A stretch of DNA of 64,000 bases from Eledone cirrhosa (taxonomy: Eukaryota). The notes below the pieces were generated by a model that saw only the letters and a list, made by a program, of their open reading frames with translations, made no database searches and was not told the DNA's origin. Where the stretch lies: assembly GCA_964016885.1 (NCBI GenBank), contig OZ024740.1, positions 253,642,001 to 253,706,000 on the forward strand, written 5' to 3'. The translations under genes and the position numbers were made by a program. Below, piece after piece: positions 38,440-61,113 of the stretch (positions are counted from its first letter, which is position 1; each line of letters begins with the position of its first letter).

Positions 38440-40868
38440 ATTATAAGTGTATCTGTATGTCTCTTGGGTGAAAAGGAGTTCATATAAGTGTTCATTCAAT
38501 AATAAATTGCTCCGAAGAATCCAAACCTCGGTTTGGAGGAAACAGTTGTAAGCACAAAAATGTTTTGAACAGTTCTTTGATTCTTATAATTCATATAACT
38601 GCTCTGTAAAGCATCTGATGTTTTTACATTGAGCTACTTAACTTACTGGTAATAAGGTAGTAATATATTACTGCCTAACACTATTTAGGGTTTGTATATA
38701 ACTGCAAAAGTTTTTTTGTATATAACTGCAAAAGGTTTTTGTATTTACATAACCATAAATAGGATAATTAATTAATACTATATTTATATATATACATATA
38801 TATATACATATATTTATATATATACATATATATATACATATATTTATATATATACATATATATATACATATATTTATATATATACATATATTTATATATA
38901 TACATATATTTATATATATACATATATTTATATATATACATATATACATATATATATACATATATATATACATATATTTATATATATATACATATATATA
39001 TATACATATATACATATATATATATACATATACATATATACATATATATATATATACATATAGTATTAATTATACTATTTATGGTTATGTAAATACAAAA
39101 ACCTTTTGCAGTTATATATTTTTTTTTTATACAAACCCTAAATAGTGGTAGGCAGTAATATATTACTACCTTATTACCAGTAAGTTAAGTAGCTCAATGT
39201 AAAAACATCAGATGATTTACAGAGCAGTTATATGAAATATAAGAATCAAAGAACTGTTCAAAACATTTTTGTGCTTACAACTGTTTCCTCCAAACCGAGG
39301 TTTGGATTCTTCGGAGCAATTTATTAATGAATGAACAGTTATATGACCTCCTTTTCACCCAAGAGACATACAGATACATATGCAAATATTGTGGGTCAAC
39401 ATTCATTACAGCATTTAGAGTGGCAGTACACACTTAGAGATTACATTCATATTAAAAGGTACAATCAAAAATACAGGTTAAAATACAACATGAAAATAAG
39501 CCGTTATATAGTGCAAATGTTATATGTGTGGCAAGCACGTGCGTCTTGTTTATATAGTGTGGCAGAGAGTTACGTGTAGTAGAAGCACTTAGGTAGGTAA
39601 ACAAGAGTATTAGGTTGGTTGATCTGGTGGCAAATTCTTTATATGATTGTTATAGTCTGTGTGTGGAGAAATGATATAAGCATTAAAAATAGTGTAAGCA
39701 TTAAAAATATTAAAAGTATTGGAAATGCACAGCGAAGGGATGTTATGGACTTCATGTACTTCGACATTTTCATAGTCAGGGGAGTGTATTTTTCAGATTA
39801 TATGCCCCTCACATACACCACAACAATTCGATATTGAGCGTTTGACAATGCAGTTAGAGAATCGTAGTCTGATGTTCTTTAGTTCAATACAGGAGGCTGT
39901 TACGTTTCGAGAATCGACATTGAATACTACCCGGAAGTGTGTGTGTGGCTAAGGGGAGTTAATGCATGAGGGGAGGTAACTCTGAGGTTTCTATTACTAA
40001 CTATTGAAATGTGTTTCAAAATAGACCCTAATTTCTATGGTTATGCGCAACTTCTAAAGAATTTCTAAAGCATAAAGTGTTTTAACTATAGAGTAGTCTA
40101 TTAAGTTGTGCTGAAGGTGTTCGTATTATTATGGTGAATTAACCCCCATCGTAGAGTGCCACAAATGAATATTATAGACGACGAGCGAGGATTCTAAATT
40201 AATGATCTCTGTGGTTGTAGTCTACTCATAGGATCAGGCGAGGTGATTGCAGAGTCACTTCAACACACAATGATCTCTGGTAAGTTCTGAGTCATCGCTT
40301 GCTACATTGGATGTCGAAAGATAATCATCACCAGGGCCGACCAGAGGTCAATCCGCAGTCCTCATGACCCCACTCTGACCATCAAATCATCCATATATGT
40401 ACAACCCGCACGCCAGTTGCAATACATTCATTCTCTGCACTCAGCGTACCGGTCCTACTGCTCAACAGTGTTACTAGATTAAATCGTTTTTCATCTGTCC
40501 AAGGAAGGCACTTCCTCCACACAACACTAACAAGCCAATCAATTCATGCTTAAATTACCTATAGAGCGGTGTGGTGCAGTTCAAGTGGGTGGATGTTTGT
40601 CACACCTAACGTAGAGGTATAAATGGGTATTCGCCCTGCGAAGGGTTCTAGAGGGATGTCGTTGTTTGTGTTATATTAGATCAGTTAGTGTTGGGTATGT
40701 GGTCTAAGGTGTGCCCCTGGTGTTTGATGCTAGCGGTGGTTTTTGGTTCAAGTCCGACATTGCCATATATTGGGCTTAAAGTTTTGGAAGGAATGTCTGA
40801 AGCGGTGCTGGCAAGTTGCAAACACTTCAGATTTTTTGTTAAGTAGGTTACGGTTAGAGAAGATAATA
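38440..40868. mobile_element. Tail-to-tail PLE 3' ends around a TA tract; HHRs at 38508-38554 (+) and 39272-39318 (-); right copy extends to the endonuclease C-terminus
   Basis: 38447-38780 is the reverse complement of 39062-39378; minus strand 40790-40860 reads [16 protein letters not shown]; tgct-CCGAAGA-atccaaacc tc ggtttgga-g-GAAA-c agtt g-TA-agca. Confidence 0.8.
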
Positions 40869-41159
40869 TTATTTATATATATATATACATATATTTATAT
40901 ATATACATATATATATATACATATATATGTACATATATATATATATATACATATATATATAAACATATATTTATATATACATATATTTATATATATACAT
41001 ATATATATATACATATATATATATACATACATATATATATATACATATTTATATATACATATTTATATATATACATATATTTATATATATACATATATTT
41101 ATATATATACATATATATACATATATTTATATATATAAATATATTTATATATATACATA

Positions 41160-41272
<113 letters not shown>

Positions 41273-41382
41273 GCATATATATATATATGCATATATATAT
41301 ATATGCATATATATATACATATATATATACATATATATATACATATATATACATATATATATACATATATTTATATATATAC

Positions 41383-41413
<31 letters not shown>

Positions 41414-41426
41414 CATATATATATAC

Positions 41427-41479
<53 letters not shown>

Positions 41480-41580
41480 CATATATTTATATATATACAT
41501 ATATATAAATATATATATATATACATATATTTATATAAATACATATACATATATATATATACATATATTTATATAAATAC

Positions 41581-41611
<31 letters not shown>

Positions 41612-41619
41612 CATATATT

Positions 41620-41651
<32 letters not shown>

Positions 41652-41750
41652 CATATATACATATATATATATATATACATATATACATATATATATATAT
41701 ACATATTTTTATATATATACATATATATATACATATATTTATATATATAC

Positions 41751-41829
<79 letters not shown>

Positions 41830-41875
41830 CATATATATACATATATTTATATATATACATATATTTAGATATATC

Positions 41876-41909
<34 letters not shown>

Positions 41910-42001
41910 CATATATTTATATATATACATATATTCATATATATACATATATTTATATATATACATATATTCATATATATACATATATTTATATATATAC
42001 T

Positions 42002-43110
42002 AAATGCAAAGTATGGGTGCATAAAAGATGTAGTGGGATCACAGGTAAGCTAACTAAGAACATAGACTTTACATGTGGCCGATGTTCTGGTGCAATAAGT
42101 AGCAGCAAGTGCCCACAAAATACTAGCTCTTTCAATTGCGCAGAGGGTTCTATAGAAATAGTGGACAGCTTCCGTTACCTGGGCGATAAAATCAGCAGTG
42201 GGGGAGGGTGCTCTGAAAGTACTGTAGCTAGAGTCAGAACTGGTTGGAAAAAGTTCAGAGAGCTTATACCACTATTAGCTGCTAAAGGGTTCTCCCTAAA
42301 AATGAAAGGCAGGTTGTACGATGCCTGCATACGAACAGCAATGTTGCATGGTAGTGAGACCTGGGCATTGTGTGCAGAGGATATACGCAGACTAGAGAGG
42401 AACGAAGCTTGCATGCTCCGCTGGATGTATAACAGTAATATACGTGAACGGCAAAGCATAAACGAACTAAGGAAAAAATTAGAGATAAGAGGGATCAGAT
42501 GTTGTTTACTCGAGAGAAGGCTGCGTTGGTATGGACACGTGATGCGCATGAAAGTCGATAGCTGTATTACAAAGTGCAGGGCAATAAAGATAGACGGTAG
42601 CCACGGAATAGGCAGACCTAGAAAAACATGGGATGAGCTGATAAACTCCGACCTCATACACTTACACCTCTCCAAGACAATGTCACTGGACCGGGACCTT
42701 TGGCGGTACTCAGTAACAGAGAAGACCCGCCTTGCCAGTAGGCATCTCTAACAAACTACACCCCGTCCCGCCACCACCCCCACCCCATCCACACCACCCC
42801 GTTCCATGTAAAGTTATGTCGGTGCCGCGCCATCCAGGCCGAAACAAACGAGATCGTGTAGGTGTCACGACAAAAAAACACACAGTCCACGCTGTAATGT
42901 GGCCGTGTAGGCAACACGGTAAAAACCTCCCAGACCCACACTGTAAATGTGGTTGGTGTTAGGAAGGGCATCCAACTGTAGAAAACCTGCCAGACAGTCC
43001 TATGCGAGCAAGACAATCACTCTTGCCTCAAGTGGGACTACCCCCGTCCAAACCCATGCAAGCGTGGAACACGGACGTTAAACGTTGATGATGATGATGA
43101 TGATGATGAT
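42002..43110 (+). mobile_element. 5'-truncated RTE family A copy with (GAT)n tail
   Basis: ORF 42017-42751 encodes the RT C-terminus; 3' UTR and tail present. Confidence 0.93.
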
Positions 43111-43184
43111 ATACATATATATATATATACATGTATATATTATATATATACATATATTTATATATATACATATATATATATACA

Positions 43185-46100
43185 TATAGCGCCAGGCAGT
43201 CCGGATTGGGGCGCACTGTGACAGTAATATCTGCGTACGCACCCCAATCCGGACTGCCTGGCGCTATAAAAGACAGATTCTATGAGACACTGATGCTCAC
43301 TACCTCCCAAATAACCGACAGTGACTATATAATTATTGCAGGCGACCTAAATGGCCACGTTGGACAACATTGTGACGGCTACGACGGAATCCACGGAGGC
43401 TATGGGTTTGGTACTAGAAACAAGAAAGGCTCCAGAATCCTGGAATTCTGTGATGCGAAGAACCTAACTATCTGTAACACTAACTTCAAAAAACGAGACA
43501 ATCACTTGATCACCTATAGATCGGGGGAACACACAAGCCAGGTAGATTATATCCTTACCAGAAGACGTGACAGAGTGTCTGTTGTAAACACTAAATCCCT
43601 CCCCCATGAAGAATGCATCTCCCAACATAGACTGATAATTAGCGACCTCATAGTCAGGACGAGACGTACTAGACAGCAGAAGAGGACTATCCTCAGGAGA
43701 AAAATATGGAAGCTAAAGGATCCCACAGCCAGAAATAAATTTCAAAGCATGTTACTTGATGCTTTCGACAGTAAGGAAGAGCAATTAGAGTCGTACAAGG
43801 TAGAGGAACAGTGGGAATTCCTGAAAGCAAACCTGCTGATGGCGGCAGACGAAGTCTGTGGCTGGAGCAGGCCTGTAGGCAGGAGGAGAGTAACATGGTG
43901 GTGGAACAGTAAGGTGGAGGGGTCAATCAAGGCCAAAAAGCAGGCTTGGAAAGCATGGCGGGATGGGCGAAGTAGAGAAAACTATCAAGTGAACAAGAGG
44001 GAAGCTAGGAGACAAGTGTACTTCGCAAGAAGGGAAGCAGAGGAAAGAAAGTTCAAGCATGTTCTACAACGCGAGGACCAAAAACGTGAGGTGTTCAGGA
44101 TTGCTAGGCAATGTGTCAAGGAAAACCGTGATATTGTCGGGGAGAAGTGTGTACTTAATGATGATGGCATACTTGCCATCACTGATGCTGATAAGAAGGT
44201 AGCTTGGAAGTGTCACTACGAAAGGCTACTAAATGAGGAGAATAAATGGGAGAAAGACAGTCTCCCCCCACATCGATCCAATAGAGGCACCAGCAGTGTT
44301 AGTCGAAGGTAGTATAATAAGTAAGGCAATCAAAGATATGAAGACGGGTAAGGCAGCTGAGCCTTCGGAAATAGTTGCTGAGATGCTGAAAGCCTCCGGT
44401 ACGGTGGGACACACCATGGTTACCCGCATAGTAAACCAAGCCATACAGAATGGGGTTGTTCCGAAGGACTGGCGTAGCAGCATCATCGTTAACTGTTACA
44501 AGGGTAAAGGAGACGCCCTAGATAGGAGTAACTATAGAGGCATTAAATTAATCGACCAGGTCATGAAGGTCACGGAAAAAGTAATAGCGCAACTAATCAG
44601 AGAGAGAATTGATCTAGATGAAATGGAGTTCAGGTTTGTGTCAGGCAAAAGTACCACAGACGCTCTTTTCATTGTACGACAACTACAGGAGAAGTACCTA
44701 GCTAAAAGTAAACCCCTATACTTAGCTTTTGTCGACTTGGAGAAAGCCTTCGACAGAGTCCCCCGTTCCATTATCTGGTGGGCTCTTAGAAAACTAGGTG
44801 TTGACGAATGGCTTGTGAGAGCCATACAAGCCATGTATAAAGAAACAGTGAGGAAGGTTAGAATTAACAACGAATATAGTGAAGAGTTTAGCGTAAAAGT
44901 TGGTGTCCATCAGGGCTCTGTTCTTAGCCCCCTACTATTTATTATTGCCCTTCAGGCTATAACAGAGGAGTTCAAGACCGGCTGCCCATGGGAACTCCTA
45001 TATGCAGATGATCTAACGCTCATAGCTGAATCAATGGCCGAGCTAGAGAATAAATTCCAAACATGGAAGCAGGGCCTAGAATCAAAAGGCCTTAAAATTA
45101 ACCTGGCTAAGACTAAAGTTCTAGTTTGTAGGAAAGAAAATAAGGCGCCAGTCCCCTCCGGGAAATGGCCATGCTCAGTGTGTAGGAAAGGCGTAGGTAG
45201 AAACTCCATTTTATGTCCCAAATGCAAAGTATGGGTGGGATCACAGGAAGCTAACTAAGAACACAGACTTTACATGTGGCCAGTGCTCTGGTGCAATAAG
45301 TCGCAGCAAGTGCCCACAAAATACTAACTCTTTCAATTGCGCAGAGGGTTCTATAGAAATAGTGGACAGCTTCCGTTACCTGGGTGACAAAATCAGCAGT
45401 GGGGGAGGGTGCTCTGAAAGTACAGTAGCTAGAGTCAGAACTGGATGGAAAAAGTTCAGAGAGCTTATACCACTATTAACCGCTAAAGGGTTCTCCCTAA
45501 AAATGAAAGGCAGGTTGTATGATGCCTGCATACGAACAGCAATGTTGCATGGCAGTGAGAGCTGGGCATTGTGTGCAGAGGATATACGCAGACTAGAGAG
45601 GAACGAAGCTTGCATGCTCCGCTGGATGTGTAATAGTAATATACGTGAACGGCAAAGCATAAACCAACTAAGGAAAAAATTAGTAATAAGAGGGATCAGA
45701 TGTTGTTTACTCGAGAGAAGGCTACGTTGGTATGGTCACGTGATGCGCATGAAAGACGACAGCTGTATAACAAAGTGCAGGGCAATAAAGATAGATGGTA
45801 GCCACGGAGTAGGCAGACCCAGGAAAACCTGGGACGAGCTAATAAATTCCGACCTCACACACTAACACCTCTCCAAGACAATGTCACTGGACCGAGACCT
45901 TTGGCGGTACTCAGTAACAGAGAAGACCCGCCTTACCTAAATACAAAGTAAAACCTACTTGTCAGTAGGCATCTCTAACAAAATACACCCCCGTCCCACC
46001 CCATCCACACCGCACCCTTCAACGCAAAGTTATGTTGGTGCCACAACATCCAGGCCAAAACAAACGAGATCATGTAGGTGTCACGACAAAAAAACACACA

Positions 46101-46428
46101 GTCCACGCTGTAATGTGACCGTGTAGGCAACACGGTAAAAACCTCCCAGTCCCCCACTGTAAATTTGGTTGGTGTTAGGAAGGGCATCCAGCTGTAGAAA
46201 ACACGCCAGACAGTCTACGCTGTAATGTGGCCGTGTAGGCAACACGGTAAAAACCTCCCAGCCCCACACTGTAAATGTGGTTGGTGTTAGGAAGGGCATC
46301 CAGCTGTAGAAAACCCGCCAGACAGTCCTATGCGAGCAAGACAACCACTCTTGCCTCAAGTGGGAAAATCCCCGTCCAAACCCATGCAAGCGTGGAACAG
46401 GGACGTTAAACGATGATGATGATGATGA
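43185..46428 (+). mobile_element. 5'-truncated RTE family A copy (from mid-APE), frameshifted
   Basis: ORFs 43131-44312, 44233-45258 and 45362-45865; (GAT)n tail. Confidence 0.94.
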
Positions 46429-46436
46429 CATATATT

Positions 46437-46594
<158 letters not shown>

Positions 46595-46674
46595 TTTATA
46601 TATATACATATATATATATACATATATTTATATATATACATATATATATATACATATATATATATACATATATA

Positions 46675-47180
46675 GTTAAAAGAATAGAGGTGTAACACAC
46701 AAGTTATTATATATTGGTAAACGGAATAGAAAATGCTGACAAATTGTTCACAGTTGAAAAATGGTTTAATTAGGAATAAAAGAGTATTAGTGATTGTATG
46801 GGTTAGTATTCAGTTGTGGTTTTAAGTTTTTAAGTTTTTACCGGTTGCGCATTTCTAAATGCTTTTCAAAAATAATTTTGAGATAGAGTGTCCGTGTTGT
46901 TTGCTCTGATCTGATTAGTTTTGGGAATTCTACCTGTTTTTATGTTAAAAAAGTGGCTCCAGCGTTACTTTGGTGTTGCAAAAATTTTTGCAACACGGAC
47001 ACTCTATCTCAAAATTATTTTTGAAAAGCATTTAGAAATGCGCAATCGGTAAAAACTTAAAAACTTAAAACCACAACTGAATACTAACCCATACAATCAC
47101 TAATACTCTTTTATTCCTAATTAAACCATTTTTCAACTGTGAACAATTTGTCAGCATTTTCTATTCCGTTTACCAATATA
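46675..47180. repeat. Fold-back pLTR pair (family of 19440-19812); HHR-like motifs at 46836-46872 (-) and 47018-47054 (+)
   Basis: 46710-46897 is the reverse complement of 46992-47180. Confidence 0.85.
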
Positions 47181-47204
47181 CATATATATATATATATATA
47201 TATA

Positions 47205-50200
47205 CATGCAAAAGTTTTGTTTAAAATTGTTGGGTTACAACAAGTAAATATTTTATAACTGATATAAAGCACTCAACAAGTTTTGGAGTAGATATACGAT
47301 ATTAAACAAATGGAAACTATATTTATAAAACCATATTTATTTCATTATACATATTTCAGGGATACCATATTAAAAATATGGCATGCCTTCTTCAGTTAAA
47401 ATACAATATATAAGCAGTTTTATAAATAAATTTGACGTACCATAAATATTGATCAACTTCTATGTGCGAAGTTGGTTTGGTAGTGAGATGTTTATAAATA
47501 TTTAGTGTTAAGCACAGTTAGAAAGAAAGACGGAGAAAAGGAAGAAGTGTATGTAAAGAAAAACAGAGAGAGATAGAGAGAGATAGGGGAGAGAGAAATA
47601 GTGAGGAGGTGAAAAATGAGAGGCAGCTGAGGCAACAGATGAATAATAATAATTCATCATACAAATTGAGAGATTTAGGAGGGAGGGAGTACTGTAATTA
47701 TTTATTTATTTATTTATTTAGTTATAGTGTTAAGGAGACGGAGAGAAATAAAAAATAAATAAAGAGAAAACAGAGAGGTAGAGAAAGATAGAGGTGGGGG
47801 AAAAAGAGGTAGACCGAATAATAATAATTATATATGGGGAGGTGAGAGAAATAGGAGAGAAGTAAGAGAGAAAACAATAGAGAAGCTCGAGAGGCAAAGT
47901 TAAAGTAGCCGATACTTAAATTTCATCATGTATAGAGGGAGGAGAAGAAAGAGCTATATCTAGAGAGAGGATGATAGATTTACAACTTTACGTTATGTCC
48001 TATCAATTTGAATTATCAATTCATATGAATTGGGTATTATAATGTAAATATCAATATTCATGAATGAGACATAGATATATAATGTGTGAAAAATAATGAC
48101 CATATGTTTAGTTTAAAAATTCTTAGGTTGATGTACCAAAAACTGAGATAAAACTTCAAAAAATACGGAAATACATAAGTATATATGTACTTTCCGGAAA
48201 AAGAAAGAAAGAGAAAAAGAGAAGGTCATCTCAAGTTCTAGTTGACACTATAGACATACCCGTGAAACTTACGTGATCAGCTTTGTAATTTCTTATTTCA
48301 CATGAAAAAATTTTTTCCCTTGCGTTATAAAAGATTTTACTATATATATACATACATATACATAAAAAATATATATTAATATTAATATTCCTGCCCTCAC
48401 ATACATGATTATCGTTCATGTATAGAATATTATGCATATCTGTAACATATCCAGAACCATAGCCACACATACATATATATATATATGCGTGCGCACATAT
48501 ATGTACATGGACAGATAAAATAAACAGATAAAATAGAATATACTCTGTAATCATTCCATATTCATATTAATACATATGGCAAATTAAAAACTTACATGGT
48601 TTACCTAACTTAAACTTGTGGAAGGGAACTGGTGAGGTTATTGAGTGGTTTAAAGAAATTAAATATAACAATAATAATAAATTTATTCAACTAGATATTG
48701 CTAACTACTATTCATCTATTACCCCTAATCTACTGAATAAGGCACTAAATTACGCATTCAAACATACTGACCTAACTAGCAATGAAATGCACATTATATT
48801 ATCGGCAAGGAAAACATTGATAGAATTTAATAACCAATTATGGACTAGGGCAGATAGACATAATAATTTCGACATTACTATGGGATCATCTGACTCAGCT
48901 CAGGTAACGGACCTTGTGGGCCTATTTATAATTAATTCGCTGCATAGAAAAATACCTGGTGTAACCGGAGGATTATATCGTGATGACATACTTTTACTTA
49001 TTGAAAATAATAACTCTGAACTAAATAAATAGAAAAAGAAAACAAATTATACAATTTTTTAATTACCTTAATCTAAAAATAGAAATAGAGAATAACCATA
49101 GAATAGTCAATTTCCTAGATGTAACACTAAATCTCAACACATGTCTTCACTATCCATTTCACAAACTAAATGAAAACTTGAATTATGTCAGTTTTAACTC
49201 TAATCACCCCAGATCTGTTAAAAATACTATAGTGAACTCTGTTCAAGAACGTATCTCAAGAATTTCATCTAATAAAAATATTTTCGACGAAAAAGCGCAG
49301 TATGAAGCGTTAGCTAGAGCAGGATATAGTGATAAAATTATGTACATCGATAATAATAGGCAAACTAACCAAAATAACAACAATTTTAATTACGGTAACA
49401 ACTTTAACAACTATAATAGAAAACATTACAATAATTCCAAAAGCCAGAAAAGAAATAGAACTAGAAATATAATATGGTTTGCCCCCCCTTTCTCACTAAA
49501 TATTAAAACCCACATTGCTAAACTATTTTGTAATGCTCTTGACAAACGCTTCCCTAGAACACATAAATATCACTCAATTTTTAATAGACATACTATAAAA
49601 TTAACTTACTCGTCCACCAAAAATTTAGCACAAAATATTAACAGAATAAATAATAGGAATCTAAAACCTAGCCAAAATACCGATAATAGCCTAAACAATA
49701 TTCAATTAAACAACTGTAACTGTAGAAATAAATCTAAATGTCCGTTAAATAACAATTGCTTAGTTAAAAATATAATATACAATTGTAATGTTAAAACTAA
49801 CTTAAATTCTTTTAACTATGTTGGTTCCACCTCGACAGAATTTAAACTTCGCTATAATAATCATAAGAATTCTTTCACAGATCCAAACAAAAAATCTTCA
49901 ACTTCACTATCAGGCTTACTCTGGCAACTTAAACATGATAACGTTGGATATTCGATGTTTTGGAATATAGTCTCAAGAGGGATTCATTTTAATTCCTCAT
50001 CTGAGACATGTGACCTCTGCGTGGAGGAGATATTCTTTATATTAAAATCTAAAAATTCCCTTAATTTAAGGAGCAATTTATTCAGTTGCTGCAGACATAG
50101 ATTGAACTCAACGTTTAAATATAAATATAAATTTAAAATGTAGTATATTTAGTTAAGATATTTAATTAATTATGAAACCTGACGATAAATCTTTCGATTC

Positions 50201-51887
50201 CTTCAACTTTTTCTTTTAAACCTTCCTCATAAATATATACTAATGATGTAATTAAACTACCCTAAAATGTTGATGCTCCCAATCTATTGAATAAATTTTA
50301 TGCTAGATAAACTTCTATACTAAATATAAGAGCATCTGTAGAACAACAGGGTCTCCTAAATCTTTTAAATGATTTCTGCTAAATAAGTTTTGTTGAATAA
50401 TTTTGGTTTTTTGTTCGCTTTTTGATTCTGATTGCTTCTAATGAACTTGGCAATATATTGTCAGATAAATTGGAAGAGTAGATTTCTGTGGTTGATATGG
50501 GGGGCATACTGTGTTTTTTACGGCCCTAGATACTCTAGGGAGTGATGAAAATATTCTTAGCGTTTTGATATATTAATATCTGTTGTCTCTGTGCAAAGGC
50601 CATATGTATTAATATGAATATGGAATGATTACAGAGTATATTCTATTTTATCTGTTTATTTTATCTGTCCATGTACATATATGTGCGCACGCATATATAT
50701 ATATATGTATGTGTGGCTATGGTTCTGGATATGTTACAGATATGCATAATATTCTATACATGAACGATAATCATGTATGTGAGGGCAGGAATATTAATAT
50801 TAATATATATTTTTTATGTATATGTATGTATGTATATATATAGTAAAATCTTTTATAACGCAAGGGAAAAAATTTTTTCATGTGAAATAAGAAATTACAA
50901 AGCTGATCACGTAAGTTTCACGGGTATGCCTATAGTGTCAACTAGAACTTGAGATGACCTTCTCTTTTTCTCTTTCTTTCTTTTTCCGGAAAGTACATAT
51001 ATACTTATGTATTTCCGTATTTTTTGAAGTTTTATCTCAGTTTTTGGTACATCGACCTAAGAATTTTTAAACTAAACATATGGTCATTATTTTTCACACA
51101 TTATATATCTATGTCTCATTCATGAATATTGATATTTACATTATAATACCCAATTCATATGAATTGATAATTCAAATTGATAGGACATAACGTAAAGTTG
51201 TAAATCTATCATCCTCTCTCTAGATATAGCTCTTTCTTCTCCTCCCTCTATACATGATGAAATTTAAGTATCGGCTACTTTAACTTTGCCTCTCGAGCTT
51301 CTCTATTGTTTTCTCTCTTACTTCTCTCCTATTTCTCTCACCTCCCCATATATAATTATTATTATTCGGTCTACCTCTTTTTCCCCCCACCTCTATCTTT
51401 CTCTACCTCTCTGTTTTCTCTTTATTTATTTTTTATTTCTCTCCGTCTCCTTAACACTATAACTAAATAAATAAATAAATAAATAATTACAGTACTCCCT
51501 CCCTCCTAAATCTCTCAATTTGTATGATGAATTATTATTATTCATCTGTTGCCTCAGCTGCCTCTCATTTTTCACCTCCTCACTATTTCTCTCTCCCCTA
51601 TCTCTCTCTATCTCTCTCTGTTTTTCTTTACATACACTTCTTCCTTTTCTCCGTCTTTCTTTCTAACTGTGCTTAACACTAAATATTTATAAACATCTCA
51701 CTACCAAACCAACTTCGCACATAGAAGTTGATCAATATTTATGGTACGTCAAATTTATTTATAAAACTGCTTATATATTGTATTTTATCTGAAGAAGGCA
51801 TGCCATATTTTTAATATGGTATGCCTGAAATATGTATAATGAAATAAATATGGTTTTATAAATATAGTTTCCATTTGTTTAATATCG

Positions 51888-51890
<3 letters not shown>
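47205..51890 (+). mobile_element. 5'-truncated PLE with ~1.29-kb inverted arms; HHRs at 47338-47403 (-) and 51781-51846 (+)
   Basis: 47293-48579 is the reverse complement of 50601-51890; ORFs 48616-49032 and 49178-50143 (IQLDIANYYSSI, YRDD, CNCRNKSKCPL, YVGST); tattttat-CTGAAGA-aggcatgccatatt ttt aatatggtatgcct-GAAA-t atgt a-TA-atgaaata. Confidence 0.92.
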
Positions 51891-59822
<7,932 letters not shown>

Positions 59823-61080
59823 CAATTGTCAACAAAATGCAATATGCAGGCACCAAGAGTAAAAAAAAAAGAAAGAGAAAAACGTTTAAAGGATCAAGAC
59901 AAAGACAAGCTGCCATAGTTGCCAATTAGACAATAGGTCAGCGAGAGATTAGAGAAAGAAAAGAACAGGAGCAAACAGTTGCTGCAAGACTTCGCCAATC
60001 CTCAGAGGAAAGACGTAAGTGTCTTGATCAAGATAGGCTGAATACATTTGGCAAAAGAGTTTCACCTTTCAAGGGGTCTTGGAAAATATCAGCTTTCAAC
60101 TATGATTCAAAACATGATTATTCTACAGAGAAATTGATTGATATTGGAGCAATGTCAAAAGAGTGAGTGCAATTTTTGTAAAGGAAAGAAATGGGAAAGA
60201 GAAACCACCACTATGTGTTGTGGTGGAGGAACGGTTGTTTTACCGACGTTTGGTACACCTCCAGATACTTTGAAGGCATTGCTTTTGGGAATCACACCAA
60301 GTAGCATGCAATTCTTGAAAAACATTAGGAATTATAATTCTGCTTTCCAAATGACCTCCTTTGGTAGCAATACTATAAGAGAAGGGAATATGAAGCCAAC
60401 TATTTAAGTTCAAAGTCAAGTATACCATCGTATTGGATCTTTGTTGCCATTGAAGGCAAAAATCCTCAGTTTTTACAGCTATATTTTGTTTCAAACTACA
60501 AAGGGGAGGCTTTGCAACGGTCATTTAACCTTCCAAATTTGAAAGAAGAGTTAATTTTTGATCTGCAAAATATGTTGAATGCAAACAATAGCTACATCAG
60601 AAGCTTCAAGTATAGATTATAATCTGAAACCACCCACTGAATAGAAGATAGTTATTGATACAGACAAAAAGCCTGTTGCCGAACACAGAGGCCGCTACAA
60701 TGCCTCTGCCACAAATGAAGTAGCAGCAATTATTATAGGCGACGAGTATGGGAAGAGAGATATTATTATTCAAGGAAGAGGAAATAAGATGCAGCAGATA
60801 AATGCAACCCACCGATCATATGATGCATTCCAGTATCCATTAATCTGTGTATTTGGCCAAGATGAATATCAGTTTGGTATTATAAAAAAAAAAAATAGAT
60901 CTTAAAACAAGTGCTTCTGCATTGACAAAAACAGTAAGCTGCATGGAATTCTATGCTTACTTTTTCATATTAAGAGAGCAAGACTTCAATATTCTTTATC
61001 GTTCATGTGAGCTCTTCCAGCAATTTGCAGTTGATATATCATCATCGTTTAACGTCCATCTTCCACGCTGGACGTTAAAC

Positions 61081-61113
<33 letters not shown>

